DNA of 61,464 nt from an uncultured bacterium (GCA_965372355.1 CBDVBZ010000005.1:1-61464), one strand, 5' to 3'; shown: positions 22,334 to 33,389, counted from the stretch's first letter. Made by a program: numbers and translations. Notes: generated by a model from the sequence alone, not told the origin.

Positions 22334-22371
22334 TGATTGTCAGTGGGGCAAGCCGCCTTGAGCACCGACGG

Positions 22372-22836
22372 TCAAATCAGTTCATCGACCTGAGACGAGG
22401 CCATCACGCCGCAAAGCAGACGTCTCTCCTCGCACTCCATCCGTTCCGCGTCGGCATCGGACTGATGATCAAAACCAAGTACGTGGAGCAGCCCATGCAG
22501 CCCGATTCGTAAGAACAGATTCTTCACGTCGATCCCCTTTGAATTCGCCTCCCTCTCAATGGTTTCGTACGACACAAAGATTTCTCCGGCCACGTCATCC
22601 CGCGCCGGTTCCGAACCCATATCGTCCATGTATGAAAAAGAAATGACATCTGTGGGACAATCAAGACCACGATAGTCCCGATTGATTCGCTGGATGTACC
22701 CGTCATCCACAAGAACGACGTCGACCGGGAGGTCGGGCTGCCCCAGCGTCCCGGCAATTTGTTGCAGCTTGTCCGCCAGTTGTTCATCGAGCCAAGAGGG
22801 GCTGCTAGCCTCCGACCGGCTTAACGACAGCTTCAC
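22372..22836 (-). CDS. ybeY: rRNA maturation endoribonuclease YbeY
   Basis: NRDYRG..PTDVISF and HGLLHVLGFDH; start uncertain. Confidence 0.92.
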   Translation of the reverse strand: MKLSLSRSEASSPSWLDEQLADKLQQIAGTLGQPDLPVDVVLVDDGYIQRINRDYRGLDCPTDVISFSYMDDMGSEPARDDVAGEIFVSYETIEREANSKGIDVKNLFLRIGLHGLLHVLGFDHQSDADAERMECEERRLLCGVMASSQVDELI

Positions 22837-25078
22837 TCTCCTGATCGTCCTCCTTATCCTGCCCTGGATATGCAACCCTCTTGTGGTAGATACCGGTAAG
22901 AATGCCGACGAATTTCTCCCGGATTCTCGCCAGATTGTTGAGCGTCAACCCGCTCTTGTCCAACTCACCGTCCTGCGCCCGCATATTGATCAGCTTGGCG
23001 ACCATGTTTCTGACATGGACGGGCGTCGGGTCCTTGAGGGACCGGCAAGCAGGCTCCACCGTATCGGCAAGCATCAGCAATGCCGCTTCCTTGGTCTGCG
23101 GCTTTGGACCCGGGTAACGGAAATCATCCTTGTTTACGCTGGAATGCGAGTCGGTCTCCAGCGCCTTCTGGTAGAAGAACGCCATCACCGTCGTCCCGTG
23201 GTGTTGTTTAATCGCATCGATGATCAGATCGGGGAGCTTCTCCTCGCGCGCGAGCTCGACACCGTCCTTGACGTGCGAGAGAAGAATCAGGCTGCTCATC
23301 TGCGGTGTGATCTTCTCGTGCTTGTTGAAACCCGTCTCCTGGTTCTCAACGTAGTACTCCGGCTTGAATATCTTGCCGATGTCGTGGTAGTAGGCCATCA
23401 CTCGCGCCCTGAGGGGATCGGCGCCGATATCGGTGGCGATGGCATCCACCAGGCTGCCGAGAAGCATCGCATGGTGGTAGGTGCCCGGTGCCTCCATATT
23501 GAGCCTCTTGAGGATCGGTTTGTTGAGGTCCGTGAGCTCCAGCAACGTGAAACGAGTCGTGATGTTAAAGAGACTCTCGAAGATCGGCAACAGGAACATG
23601 GCGATCAACGTCGAAGCCAACCCGTTGGCCATCGACCAGAGAAGCGACATGTACAAATCGTGGAGTTCCTCGACCTGCCCGAGCTCGGCGCCGACCACTC
23701 CCATCACATAAGCACCCGAGATCAGCAAAGCAACAGAATAGAAATGCGTTCTCGACCGCATCCTGAGAAGACCGACGACAGCCGCCGTGCCGGCAAGCAG
23801 CGACACAAAACCGATCTGAGCGGGTACATCGGTAACGAGCGGTACGATAAAGCAAGCGAAGATCGTGGTGACAAGACCAAGACGGTAGTCGAACAACGCG
23901 GTGATCATCAAAGAAACAAACGTCACCGGTATCAGGTACACACTGAGCTCGAAACGGATCACGACCGCGGTGAACACCATGTAGATCATCAGTACCGTGA
24001 ACACGGTGCTCAGCTTGAGCAGATCGCGATACACCTCACGCCGGAAGACATAGATGTAACCGCCAAAAAGCAACCCGAACAGCAGGAGCCGCAGGATCTC
24101 GGCGGAGTACAAGCTCAGAATGATCAGCGGCGACCTCTTCGTCTCCATGTTGGCCCGCGTCCGCTCGAGCGCGAGCAGCATCTCGATCTGGTCTGCCGTG
24201 ACCTTGTCGTGTTTGCCGATGATGCGTTCGTTCTTGGACACACGGATCGTCGCACTGACCTGAGCCATCGCGGCCTCCCTGCGACGATCTGTCTCCTCAC
24301 CGTCAAATACCAGGTTGGGGAGAAGGTGACTGCGGACAATTTCCACAAACAGCTGCGATGCCCCGCGATCCTTCTGAAAACGGGCGAAGCCCCCCTCCTT
24401 GATCACCTGGTCGACCCGTCCCTGATCGACAACATCCCTGACAGAGACTCGCTGCTCGTTGCCGTTTTGCACGACCGAGACTTCGGTGTAGCTCTGCCTG
24501 CGAATGGGGCTTGCATTGTCTATGAACCCGCCTGAGAATACCCGCTGCTGGAAGTCCAGCGCCGCGTGTCTCATCACGGCCAGCCGTGAAGGTTCCACGA
24601 GCCTCTGCAACATCTTGTTGGTGAGATACGGCAAGAGCGAGCCCGCGATCTCGATCTTCTGCTCGGTCGCCATGCTGTTGTCACCGACAACAACGTTGAG
24701 ACTGTCGAAAACCGCCGCCAGGTCGCGAGTCAATCCTTCCTCGACAGAAAGATCCCTGACGTAGACGGGAAGCACCTTGAGGGCCGCGCCGGCTTTGGCG
24801 ATCTTGAGATCCTCGTCGCGAAGGGGGACCTCGAAATCAAACGGGGCGATGATGCTGCGGTCCGAAACCTCGCCCGCCTTGAATATGACCTCCTGGATCC
24901 TTTTCGAAGGCGGAAAGAGGAGAAGTACGGTCACGACAAAAATGACGACCAGACCGAGCCGTGGCAGCAATTCCCTGTACCGCTCGCCGGTCATGCGAGA
25001 ATGGCGAGCGTGCTTCTCCGCGCGCTTGTTGCGGGAGACACTCTTTCTTCGCCGAATAGGCTTCCAGAAAGGCGCCAT
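22805..25078 (-). CDS. 7TM-HDIG phosphohydrolase (PgpH-like c-di-AMP phosphodiesterase family)
   Basis: Extracellular domain, multiple TM helices, APGTYHH, YYHDIGK, HHGTT, FRYPGPKP; phoH-HD-ybeY order. Confidence 0.9.
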   Translation of the reverse strand: MAPFWKPIRRRKSVSRNKRAEKHARHSRMTGERYRELLPRLGLVVIFVVTVLLLFPPSKRIQEVIFKAGEVSDRSIIAPFDFEVPLRDEDLKIAKAGAALKVLPVYVRDLSVEEGLTRDLAAVFDSLNVVVGDNSMATEQKIEIAGSLLPYLTNKMLQRLVEPSRLAVMRHAALDFQQRVFSGGFIDNASPIRRQSYTEVSVVQNGNEQRVSVRDVVDQGRVDQVIKEGGFARFQKDRGASQLFVEIVRSHLLPNLVFDGEETDRRREAAMAQVSATIRVSKNERIIGKHDKVTADQIEMLLALERTRANMETKRSPLIILSLYSAEILRLLLFGLLFGGYIYVFRREVYRDLLKLSTVFTVLMIYMVFTAVVIRFELSVYLIPVTFVSLMITALFDYRLGLVTTIFACFIVPLVTDVPAQIGFVSLLAGTAAVVGLLRMRSRTHFYSVALLISGAYVMGVVGAELGQVEELHDLYMSLLWSMANGLASTLIAMFLLPIFESLFNITTRFTLLELTDLNKPILKRLNMEAPGTYHHAMLLGSLVDAIATDIGADPLRARVMAYYHDIGKIFKPEYYVENQETGFNKHEKITPQMSSLILLSHVKDGVELAREEKLPDLIIDAIKQHHGTTVMAFFYQKALETDSHSSVNKDDFRYPGPKPQTKEAALLMLADTVEPACRSLKDPTPVHVRNMVAKLINMRAQDGELDKSGLTLNNLARIREKFVGILTGIYHKRVAYPGQDKEDDQESEAVVKPVGG

Positions 25079-26043
25079 CAGTCTTTTTTCTCCACGTCGT
25101 TACCGTTGCGCGAAAACGCGTTGATAATCTTCTGCACGAGCTTGTGCCGGACCACGTCTTCCTCGGTCATATATACGAACCGGATACCTGCCACGCTGGC
25201 CAGAATACTCCGGGCCTGGATGAGGCCTGACCGGGACGGCGGATCCAGATCGATCTGCGTGATATCCCCGTTGACGATCGCCTTTGCGTTATCCCCGAGC
25301 CGTGTCAAAAACATCTTCATCTGCATCTTCGTCGTGTTCTGGGCCTCGTCGAGAATCACATAGGCATTGTTCAGCGTCCGCCCCCTCATATACGCTAGCG
25401 GGGCAATCTCGATCGTGCCGTTGTCCTGGAGCTTCGTCGTCCGGTCCGCGCCCAGCATATCGTAGAGCGCATCGAGGACGGGCCTCATATACGGGTCCAG
25501 CTTCGCCTGAAAATCGCCGGGGAGAAAGCCCAGGCTCTCACCGGCCTCGACAACCGGCCGAACCAGAAAAATTCGATCGATTTCCTTGCGTTTCAGAGCC
25601 GCCACCGCGGACGCCACGGCGAGGTACGTCTTGCCCGTGCCGGCGGGTCCGATCGTGAAGACGATATCGTGGGTCGCTATCGCTTCCAGATACTCCTTCT
25701 GGTGAGGCGACCTCGGGCGGATCGGGCGCCCCCCCCGGGTGACCACAGCCACATCCTGATCCAGATCCGCGTAGTGCGAGTTGATTCTGACGCCTCCGCC
25801 CATGAGATACCGGAAATCCTTTTCGGTAACAACTCGTTTCTTCGCCAGCTCGATGAGCTCCCCAAAAAGGTCGGTGAGTTCCCTGACCTGCTGCTCCGAC
25901 CCCTTGAGAATGATCTCATCGCCTCGGACAACCACCCGGCCCGGATAGCGCTCCTCCAGGATCTGCAGATGGTTTTCCGTTTGGCCGAACAGCTGCAATG
26001 GGTCTACACCCGAAAAGGAGAGAACCCGCTTCTTGACCTTCAA
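25078..26043 (-). CDS. phoH: PhoH-family ATPase
   Basis: GPAGTGKT, LGFLPGD, YMRGRTL, DEAQN. Start moved to TTG 26043. Confidence 0.93.
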   Translation of the reverse strand: MKVKKRVLSFSGVDPLQLFGQTENHLQILEERYPGRVVVRGDEIILKGSEQQVRELTDLFGELIELAKKRVVTEKDFRYLMGGGVRINSHYADLDQDVAVVTRGGRPIRPRSPHQKEYLEAIATHDIVFTIGPAGTGKTYLAVASAVAALKRKEIDRIFLVRPVVEAGESLGFLPGDFQAKLDPYMRPVLDALYDMLGADRTTKLQDNGTIEIAPLAYMRGRTLNNAYVILDEAQNTTKMQMKMFLTRLGDNAKAIVNGDITQIDLDPPSRSGLIQARSILASVAGIRFVYMTEEDVVRHKLVQKIINAFSRNGNDVEKKD

Positions 26044-26419
26044 TCTGTTACGACCTTCCTTTCCGCCGGGCCGTTGCCCCCGTGATTCTAGAACCTCCGG
26101 CCTGTAGAACGAAAGGGATTCCACCGGCTCCCCAAAAAGACAAAACTCCCGGAATGCGGTTTGATCCACCTTCCAAGAGTGTGGGTATCCCTTTCAATTA
26201 GGCTTCCATGTTCCTCTCCACAAGCCCTATACAAATAATAGGCCAAATCGAGGGCCCATGCAAACTTTGCAGCCACCACGTTCTGTAACATATTGCCTAG
26301 CAATTAGTTGCACCACAAGATGGGGAACATCACCCAACCCTGGGCACTCAAACAAGATCCGACTCTTTCTTGCATTTGCGGATTATCGGAAAAAGGGGTG
26401 AAAAACAGCCGCCTGGGGC

Positions 26420-26971
26420 TCAGTCCGTGGGCCAATCGCGAGGAATGACGAGTACGGTGTCGGGAAATATGAACCACGGATCATCGATCTTGTCCTGGTT
26501 GACCTCGAAGATCGCCGTCCATTTCTCGATGTCGTTGAAGATACCCTCTTTCATCGAGATGAGCGTCAGCGAATCGCCGTCTTTGATCTTGTACTCAGCA
26601 GGAAGCGCCTTGACCTCTTCGATCTCGCCCCGGACCGTCCGGATCGCGGACTCGAGCTGGAGTACTTCCTGTTCGATGGGGACGATCTGCCGGCGAATCG
26701 ACTGAATGAGATCCTTTGTGTTCTGGATCTCGGCTTGGACTCTCTGATGTTCGGCCTGCGCGCCGTCGAGTTCCGAGTTCAGCGCCTTGCAGTAATCCGA
26801 CTTGCCCCCCGAGGACAGCGACTCGAATTCGTCCTCGGAGTAATACTCGCCGCCTGCAACGTTGACGCCGCTGCTTTTCGAGCCGCCGCAGCCGACCACG
26901 ACCGCAACCAGCCCAACGGCCAGAATCACGCATACGAGAACCCCAAGCCTCTTACTTCTCAATCCACTCAC
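26420..26971 (-). CDS. Coiled-coil lipoprotein with C-terminal LysM domain
   Basis: GTG overlaps the upstream TGA; lipobox VVGC; YKIKDGDSL...W..IFEVN...IFPDTVLVIP. Confidence 0.8.
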   Translation of the reverse strand: MSGLRSKRLGVLVCVILAVGLVAVVVGCGGSKSSGVNVAGGEYYSEDEFESLSSGGKSDYCKALNSELDGAQAEHQRVQAEIQNTKDLIQSIRRQIVPIEQEVLQLESAIRTVRGEIEEVKALPAEYKIKDGDSLTLISMKEGIFNDIEKWTAIFEVNQDKIDDPWFIFPDTVLVIPRDWPTD

Positions 26972-27339
26972 TCGCCCGGCCTCCTCGGCATCAACTCGAT
27001 TTCTTCCGTTTGTCGGGGTCTCGTTTCGACCTCGGCAACCATCTCCTCGGTCACACCGCTCGCCTTCTTCAATCTCGCGAGCTCGGCCCGGAGCTCGGGG
27101 AGCTCGGCCCGGCGGTTCGCCAGACGCAACTGCCACGCGGACAGATCGTCCTGGGCATTCCCGAGGCGTGCCTGGACGGCGTCGAGATTCTCGTTGAGGT
27201 CCCCCGAATCAGACTTGAGTTCTTCGATGTCTACGGGCGACACCGTGCACATCTGTGACTTTCCCCCACACGCCGCGAACACCGCGAGCGCAATGAGACT
27301 TAGCGTCAGCAAGACGGCAATCGTGAATCTGAGACGCAC
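26968..27339 (-). CDS. Small coiled-coil lipoprotein
   Basis: AAGGAG RBS, GTG start, lipobox FAAC, heptad-rich sequence. Confidence 0.7.
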   Translation of the reverse strand: MRLRFTIAVLLTLSLIALAVFAACGGKSQMCTVSPVDIEELKSDSGDLNENLDAVQARLGNAQDDLSAWQLRLANRRAELPELRAELARLKKASGVTEEMVAEVETRPRQTEEIELMPRRPGE

Positions 27340-27459
27340 GGAATAGTGCTCCTTAGTAACCAAGGCGGGGTCAAGTAAAGCGCTGAGAAAGTTAGCATTC
27401 GACTAACAGACTGTCAAGACGATTTCTGTCAACTCGCCCCGCGCAACATCAGCAAGCAA

Positions 27460-29262
27460 CTACGGTTTTCCTTTTTTCTCGACGACGCGGATACCGAGCT
27501 CTTCGAGCTGCTCCGGTTCGACCGGTGAGGGCGCGTCGTCCATGAGGGATGTCGCCTTCTGCGTCTTGGGAAAGGCGATGACGTCCCGGATCGAGTCGAG
27601 GCCGGCAAGGATCATGACGATACGATCGAGCCCGGGCGCGATCCCCCCGTGCGGCGGCGCCCCATATTCGAGCGCGCGTAGCAGGAACCCAAAACGCCGT
27701 GCGGCGTCTTCCTTCGATATCCCGGCCACCTCGAGGATTTTTTCCTGAAGTGCCCGGTTGTGGACTCGGATGCTGCCCGAGGCGAGCTCGACGCCGTTGC
27801 ATACGAGGTCGTAAAGATGTGCCCTGACCTTCGATGGATCGCTGTCGAGGAGTGGTATGTCCTCCTCGTACGGCATCGTGAAAAAGTGATGCGACGCGGT
27901 GTAGGACTGCCGTTCCTCGTCCCACTCGTAGAGCGGGAAGTCGTGGACCCAGAGGAACTCGAAGCGGTTCTCCTCCGCCAGCGACAGCTTCTTGCCGCAC
28001 TTCGAGCGAAGCCGGCCCAGGATCGGCGAGACCTTCTCGGGCCGGCCGATCACGGCGAGAAGGAGATCTCCATCCTCGAGCTCGAGCGTGTCGACGAGGT
28101 GGTTTGCCGTCGGTCCGCCGATGATCTTCGCGAGCGGGCCCTTCAGCTGACCGGACTTCTTTCTGAGATGTATGAGCCCACCGGCCCCCATCGACTTCGC
28201 CGTCTTTTCGAAGTCCTCAACGGACTTGGCCGTCAGCCGCTCACCATCCTTGACGACAAAGCCTCGGACAGATTCACCCCGGTCGAACGCCTCGCGCATC
28301 ACTCTGAATTCGGTTTCGGCAAAGATATCGTTCAACGTCTGTAGCTCGAGCCCAAAACGAAGATCCGGTTTGTCGGTCCCGTATCGCTCCATGGCCTCCC
28401 GGTATGGCAACACGGGAAACGGTGTCTTTAGCTTCAGGTCACGTCCGACCAGAAAGATCTCGGTCATCAGTTCTTCGACCAGGCGGAAGACATCCTCCTC
28501 CTGGACAAAACTCATCTCGATGTCGATCTGGGTGTGTTCCGGCTGCCGGTCCGCGCGGAGATCCTCGTCGCGCATGCAGCGCGCCATCTGGAAGTAGCGA
28601 TCGAACCCCGCAACCATGAGTATCTGTTTGTAGAGCTGCGGGCTTTGCGGAAGCGCGTAGAAGCTGCCCGGTCGAAGCCGGCTCGGCACCAGGTAGTCCC
28701 TTGCGCCTTCCGGTGTGCACCGCACGAGCATCGGTGTTTCGATTTCCAGGAAGTTCTTTGCGTCGAGAAAATTTCTGACGGCGAGAATCACCCGGTGCCT
28801 CAACTCGATCTTCTGTCGCATAGGCGACCGGCGCAGATCGAGATAACGGTACCTGAGACGAAGATCCTCGTTGGCCTTGACATCGTCCGTGATCGTAAAG
28901 GGCGGCACCTTCGACTCGTTCAACAGATACAACCGCTCGACCGCCACCTCTATCGCCCCGGTCGCGACATCGTCGCGTACCATCTCCTTGGGTCGGTCCT
29001 GAACGGTCCCCTGACAGGCAACGACATCCTCCATGTTGAGCCCCTTGGAGATCTCGTCGAGTTGCCCGACCGACGGATCGACAAGAAGCTGCACGGTGCC
29101 GTACCGATCTCGAAGATCGACAAACCGTAACCCACCGAGATTGCGGACGCGCGCCACCCAACCCATAAGAACGACTTTTCCCCCGGCGTGCTGCTTGCCC
29201 AGTGCACCGCACGTGTGCGTGCGCGAAAACGGGATAACGTATTTCCTGAATTCCTCAGTCAT
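27460..29262 (-). CDS. aspS: Aspartate--tRNA ligase
   Basis: RTHTCG, TPEGARDY, LPQSPQLYKQ, YGAPPHGG. Start moved to MTEEF. Confidence 0.97.
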   Translation of the reverse strand: MTEEFRKYVIPFSRTHTCGALGKQHAGGKVVLMGWVARVRNLGGLRFVDLRDRYGTVQLLVDPSVGQLDEISKGLNMEDVVACQGTVQDRPKEMVRDDVATGAIEVAVERLYLLNESKVPPFTITDDVKANEDLRLRYRYLDLRRSPMRQKIELRHRVILAVRNFLDAKNFLEIETPMLVRCTPEGARDYLVPSRLRPGSFYALPQSPQLYKQILMVAGFDRYFQMARCMRDEDLRADRQPEHTQIDIEMSFVQEEDVFRLVEELMTEIFLVGRDLKLKTPFPVLPYREAMERYGTDKPDLRFGLELQTLNDIFAETEFRVMREAFDRGESVRGFVVKDGERLTAKSVEDFEKTAKSMGAGGLIHLRKKSGQLKGPLAKIIGGPTANHLVDTLELEDGDLLLAVIGRPEKVSPILGRLRSKCGKKLSLAEENRFEFLWVHDFPLYEWDEERQSYTASHHFFTMPYEEDIPLLDSDPSKVRAHLYDLVCNGVELASGSIRVHNRALQEKILEVAGISKEDAARRFGFLLRALEYGAPPHGGIAPGLDRIVMILAGLDSIRDVIAFPKTQKATSLMDDAPSPVEPEQLEELGIRVVEKKGKP

Positions 29263-30505
29263 GCTTTGTCTGCTCCGCGTGCGAGGCGAGAAGGTGATCT
29301 TCGACATCCACCTGGGTGCGCTGGTCCATATTCTTCCACTTGAGCCTATCCGGGGATTGAGCGTCTACGATAACGACGACCTTCGCCCCTTTCTTCTCCG
29401 CACTCTTGAGCTGGGTCTTGAGCGCGCGCATCGAGGCGTCCACCTCGACGGTGCCAAACACTCTCAGCACCCGTGCCGTCTCCAGAGAACGCTCCGCCGA
29501 GCCTTTGTCCAGGCAGACGACATAGAAATCCCGTCGGGGTTTCGACCGCGATACGGCCTTCGTATCCGGCAACACGCTGATGATCCTCTCCAGACCCGCG
29601 CTGAACCCAACGGCGGGAGTGCTCGGTCCGCCGCATTGTTCGACGAGGTCATCGTAGCGTCCTCCGCCACAAAGGGCGTTTTGAGCGCCCAGCGAGCCAT
29701 GGAGTATTTCGAACGTCGTTTTCGTATAGTAATCCAGGCCGCGAACGAGTTGGGGATCCTTTTCGAAGTCTCGTCCCATGGCGTCGAGCAGCGAGAAGAC
29801 CTCGTCGACATGCGTATTGCATTCGTCGCAGAGGTGGTCCGCGATCGCGGGTAGACTCTTTTTGATCTGGTCATCCCGTTTGCAGTCGAACACACGCAGC
29901 GGGTTGCTCACCGCCCGTTCCTTGCAGTCACTGCAGAGACTGCCCATCCGGGTTTTGAGCGACTCGCGCAGGATCTCCATGTAACGCTCCCTGCACACCC
30001 GGCAGCCTACCGAGTTGACTTTGACCGTCAACCCATCGAACCCCAGAGCTTCCAGTGAGGTCATGACAATATCGATGACTTCGACATCGAGCATGGGACT
30101 CGTACTGCCGACGGCCTCGACACCAACCTGGTGGAACTGTCTGTACCGTCCCGCCTGGGGACGATCGTATCTGAACATCGGTCCGATGTAGGATAGCCGG
30201 GTCACTCCGCCGACGCGGTGCATCCCGGCGTCGAGGTATGCCCGAATCGCCGCTGCGGTGTTCTCGGGCCGCAGCGTGATACTTCGTCCACCGCGATCCT
30301 TGAAAGTATACATCTCCTTCGAGACGATATCGGTCGCTTCTCCGACCGAACGGATGAACAAGTCCGTTGACTCGAAGATCGGCGTCCGAAGAGGTTCGTA
30401 CCCGAAACTCGCGAAGGTCGAATCGAATACACCTTCGACGTATCTCCACGTGTAGATATCGGGCGGACCTATGTCTTGTGTACCCCTTGGTCGAGAGTAC
30501 TTCAT
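29255..30505 (-). CDS. hisS: Histidine--tRNA ligase
   Basis: PRGTQD, LRPENTA, GRYRQFHQ, LVRGLDYY, GGGRYD. Confidence 0.97.
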   Translation of the reverse strand: MKYSRPRGTQDIGPPDIYTWRYVEGVFDSTFASFGYEPLRTPIFESTDLFIRSVGEATDIVSKEMYTFKDRGGRSITLRPENTAAAIRAYLDAGMHRVGGVTRLSYIGPMFRYDRPQAGRYRQFHQVGVEAVGSTSPMLDVEVIDIVMTSLEALGFDGLTVKVNSVGCRVCRERYMEILRESLKTRMGSLCSDCKERAVSNPLRVFDCKRDDQIKKSLPAIADHLCDECNTHVDEVFSLLDAMGRDFEKDPQLVRGLDYYTKTTFEILHGSLGAQNALCGGGRYDDLVEQCGGPSTPAVGFSAGLERIISVLPDTKAVSRSKPRRDFYVVCLDKGSAERSLETARVLRVFGTVEVDASMRALKTQLKSAEKKGAKVVVIVDAQSPDRLKWKNMDQRTQVDVEDHLLASHAEQTKHD

Positions 30506-30915
30506 GTCTGCTTTTCCTCTTCGGCTCCCAACAGCTTATCTCCCGTCGTCCTGCCACCCAACGGAGTAAACGTAAACAAAGCGATACCGGCCGCGGCGCC
30601 CAGCGTGTCGGCAACCCAGTCACCGATGCTCATGTCGCGGCCCGGCACGAGGCTCTGACAAAGTTCATTCAGCGCGCCGATCGTCACCGCCACCGAAACC
30701 AAAAACCCGAAGGTCGCCCACGGCGATGCGCTGATATTCCAACGGACGCTTCGGAACAGGAGCAAACCCAGAATGAAGTACTCGACGAAGTGGGCCAGCT
30801 TGTCCCGCAACAAAAACTCAGGACCCGGTGCGGACAGTGTGGGAATCAACGACACCACAAATATGAGCGCGACGTACGCGACAACCGGCAACATACGACG
30901 CCACTTCTTGGCCAT
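30502..30915 (-). CDS. VanZ family membrane protein
   Basis: DKLAHFVEY, E..Q..VPGR, DWVAD. Confidence 0.88.
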   Translation of the reverse strand: MAKKWRRMLPVVAYVALIFVVSLIPTLSAPGPEFLLRDKLAHFVEYFILGLLLFRSVRWNISASPWATFGFLVSVAVTIGALNELCQSLVPGRDMSIGDWVADTLGAAAGIALFTFTPLGGRTTGDKLLGAEEEKQT

Positions 30916-30969
30916 TTCCCATCACTTCACAATCGCGCACACGCGAGTCTACGGCGATGCCGAGAAGAA

Positions 30970-31428
30970 CTACCGGTCGCCAAATCGTTTGAATATCTCG
31001 AGAACGTCCGTGACCGTATGCGCGTTGCGCAAGCTGTTGCGAAACTCCTCGTGATTGAGAAGACGAGAGATCTTGGCGAGGACTTTAATGTGGCTTCTCC
31101 TGCTGGCCTTCGGTCCGAGGATGATGAAAAAGAGGTCCACACCCATGCCATCCAGCGCTGCGAAATCGACCTCACCGTCCGTACGAAAGAAACCAGCGAC
31201 CAGCTGATCGACCCCGTCCGTGTACGCGTGCGGGATGGCCACACCGTTCCCAATCCCGGTACTCATCACTCTCTCGCGTTCGATGACGTCGCGAAGAGCG
31301 AGTTCGTAATCCTTGATCATGTTCTTGGAATCGAAATGCTTCACAACACGCTCGAGGAGCGCTTCTTTTTCCAGCAGCTCCACTCCAAGCAGTATTGTCT
31401 CGGCGCTGAACAATTCGGATAATCTCAT
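30970..31428 (-). CDS. ptsN: PTS IIA (Ntr/Fru-type) protein
   Basis: RERVMSTGIGNGVAIPH with the phosphoacceptor His. Confidence 0.85.
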   Translation of the reverse strand: MRLSELFSAETILLGVELLEKEALLERVVKHFDSKNMIKDYELALRDVIERERVMSTGIGNGVAIPHAYTDGVDQLVAGFFRTDGEVDFAALDGMGVDLFFIILGPKASRRSHIKVLAKISRLLNHEEFRNSLRNAHTVTDVLEIFKRFGDR

Positions 31429-31504
31429 GTCTGGTCCTTATTTGAGCATGTCTGCGGCGGATACAACGCATGAAAATATTTGGAAAACCGGGGTCTGTCA
31501 AGCC

Positions 31505-32419
31505 TTAGTGACCACCGGCGGTCCGCTCGAAAAGATCGCCCACCTCGCGAATCTGCCCTCTGCTCACCGGTTCGAGGGCCGCTACACCATAGGACTTGAG
31601 CAATCTCACCGTCTCGGGCTGGTTGACGGGGGAGGCCGCCTCATCGACGAGTCTGGCGATGTTCTTGAGCTTTCTTGTGTAGTAGCGCGTGCCACTCGTG
31701 CGCGTCGCGATCACCGTCTCGGGGAGCGCGTCCTCCCGTTCCAGCACGGCCACCTCCCCACGACCGATCACGCCCCTTTCGGTCAACGACGTTACGTCGC
31801 TCAGCCTGCAGGCGCCCAGCCGGTAGGCACCGTACACGACCCCGAGGACCACCCTGCTCTGGTCCCCCTCACCGCCGGCAAAACGGAGATCGGAGAGCAA
31901 CTCGGGGATTCGAAAACCCTGTTTGGAGAGCATTGACAACTGCACCCAAAAACCGTTTACCGAGTGTGGATCGGAGAACACGACATCCTCTGGAGACAAA
32001 CGCGAGTAGTCGATCGACTCCTCCGATCGGGCGATCAGGATCGCGCTGTCGCCGCGCTTCGCCGTACGTCTGATTTCGTATATCGCTTCGATCCCGAGCT
32101 CATCGCTCCGCATGAGGAACTCGTGCGTCGACATGACAAAGAGATCGCACTGGAGATGCTTTTCGTCGCCCGCATGGAGCACGACGGGGCGCCTCGTCTC
32201 GTCGCTGAGCAGGAGGCGCAGCGGCTCGTAGACGCTCATCACGCGGGAAGGACGATCATCATAGACACAGATATCGATGATGTTGTGCTGGGCGTCGCCT
32301 CCGCTGACCAGCGCGCTTATCGCTACACCGACAACGAACAACGCGATTACCAAGGTGAGCCACCGCCCCATGTAAGTGGAGATGATGCTGAGGTCGATCG
32401 GTTTGATTCTGTCTTTCAT
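31505..32419 (-). CDS. PhnD/SsuA-like substrate-binding domain protein with N-terminal anchor
   Basis: One TM helix; DPHSVNGF resembles the DPxSxSG motif; no ABC partners adjacent. Confidence 0.6.
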   Translation of the reverse strand: MKDRIKPIDLSIISTYMGRWLTLVIALFVVGVAISALVSGGDAQHNIIDICVYDDRPSRVMSVYEPLRLLLSDETRRPVVLHAGDEKHLQCDLFVMSTHEFLMRSDELGIEAIYEIRRTAKRGDSAILIARSEESIDYSRLSPEDVVFSDPHSVNGFWVQLSMLSKQGFRIPELLSDLRFAGGEGDQSRVVLGVVYGAYRLGACRLSDVTSLTERGVIGRGEVAVLEREDALPETVIATRTSGTRYYTRKLKNIARLVDEAASPVNQPETVRLLKSYGVAALEPVSRGQIREVGDLFERTAGGH

Positions 32420-32432
32420 TGTTCGGTGGCTT

Positions 32433-33389
32433 CTACATCGACTGGGAATCCGACATCTGCGAGATGATGATTCTCAGGCTGTCGACGTTCATCAGGTATT
32501 TCTCTACACCGTCGGGGACGATGACCTCCGGAGCCAGCGTGTACTGCCCCGGCGGTCTCCCGCTGAGGTCGACCAGCACCGTGACATCACCCGACGACAG
32601 CGTATCGAGCATTGACTGCGGCCCCTCGATCGTGAGCGAGACGGTCTTCGGGAAGATCTCAGTCGAGTGCCTGTCGTCGTCGATCAGAATCGTCGGCGGC
32701 ACGTTGGCAAGTACCCTCCGGCCCCTGGCGCTGACCGAAATCGTCACGACAACTTTGTCGGGGGCACACGTAAAGAGGTCCGGGTCGTAGTCGAGCGCGG
32801 TCTCCCGCTCCAGCGATTCGCGGATTCTACCCAGGTCGATGGGTTTTGTCGGCAGCTTCTCCAGTGGTTTCACGGCGCTCTCCGGCCCGGTGACAACCAC
32901 CATGTCCGGGCGAGCGTTGGGGACTTCGTTCAACAACTGGTTCTGAACGAGGCTCCCCGACAGAATGACGGCAACCCAGACTCTCTTCGAGAGCAGCCGT
33001 TCGATTCCCACCTCGACCGAAAACGGCGACAGGATACGTACGTCCCCCGGCTCGACGTTCGGAGGCAGAAGCACGTCCGACACGGAGAGCCGCTGCGAAA
33101 ACCGCCCCGGCCTGGCCCTGGCCATGTTGACCATGACGCTAATCTTTCTGAAACCCATAAAGAAAAGATCCCTTCGGGTGCCGGTAACGCTAAGCTCGGC
33201 TTCCGAGGGAATCCTGCCGGTGAGGGTGAGGGAGTCGGGGAGATTGACGAAGCGTAGGTTCGCTACGTAGTTTCTCTTGGCTTCCTGCTGACCGCTGGCA
33301 TTGAACCAGATCATCAGCGCAACGATCAGCGCAACGAGCTTCACACCGATGCTATCGATCAGTCCTCGCGGGAAGCTAGTAAGTTTCAT
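32433..33389 (-). CDS. cdaR: CdaR/YbbR domain protein
   Basis: KLVALIVALMIW anchor and three YbbR-like repeats (VTGT, VTGPES, IEGPQS). Confidence 0.82.
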   Translation of the reverse strand: MKLTSFPRGLIDSIGVKLVALIVALMIWFNASGQQEAKRNYVANLRFVNLPDSLTLTGRIPSEAELSVTGTRRDLFFMGFRKISVMVNMARARPGRFSQRLSVSDVLLPPNVEPGDVRILSPFSVEVGIERLLSKRVWVAVILSGSLVQNQLLNEVPNARPDMVVVTGPESAVKPLEKLPTKPIDLGRIRESLERETALDYDPDLFTCAPDKVVVTISVSARGRRVLANVPPTILIDDDRHSTEIFPKTVSLTIEGPQSMLDTLSSGDVTVLVDLSGRPPGQYTLAPEVIVPDGVEKYLMNVDSLRIIISQMSDSQSM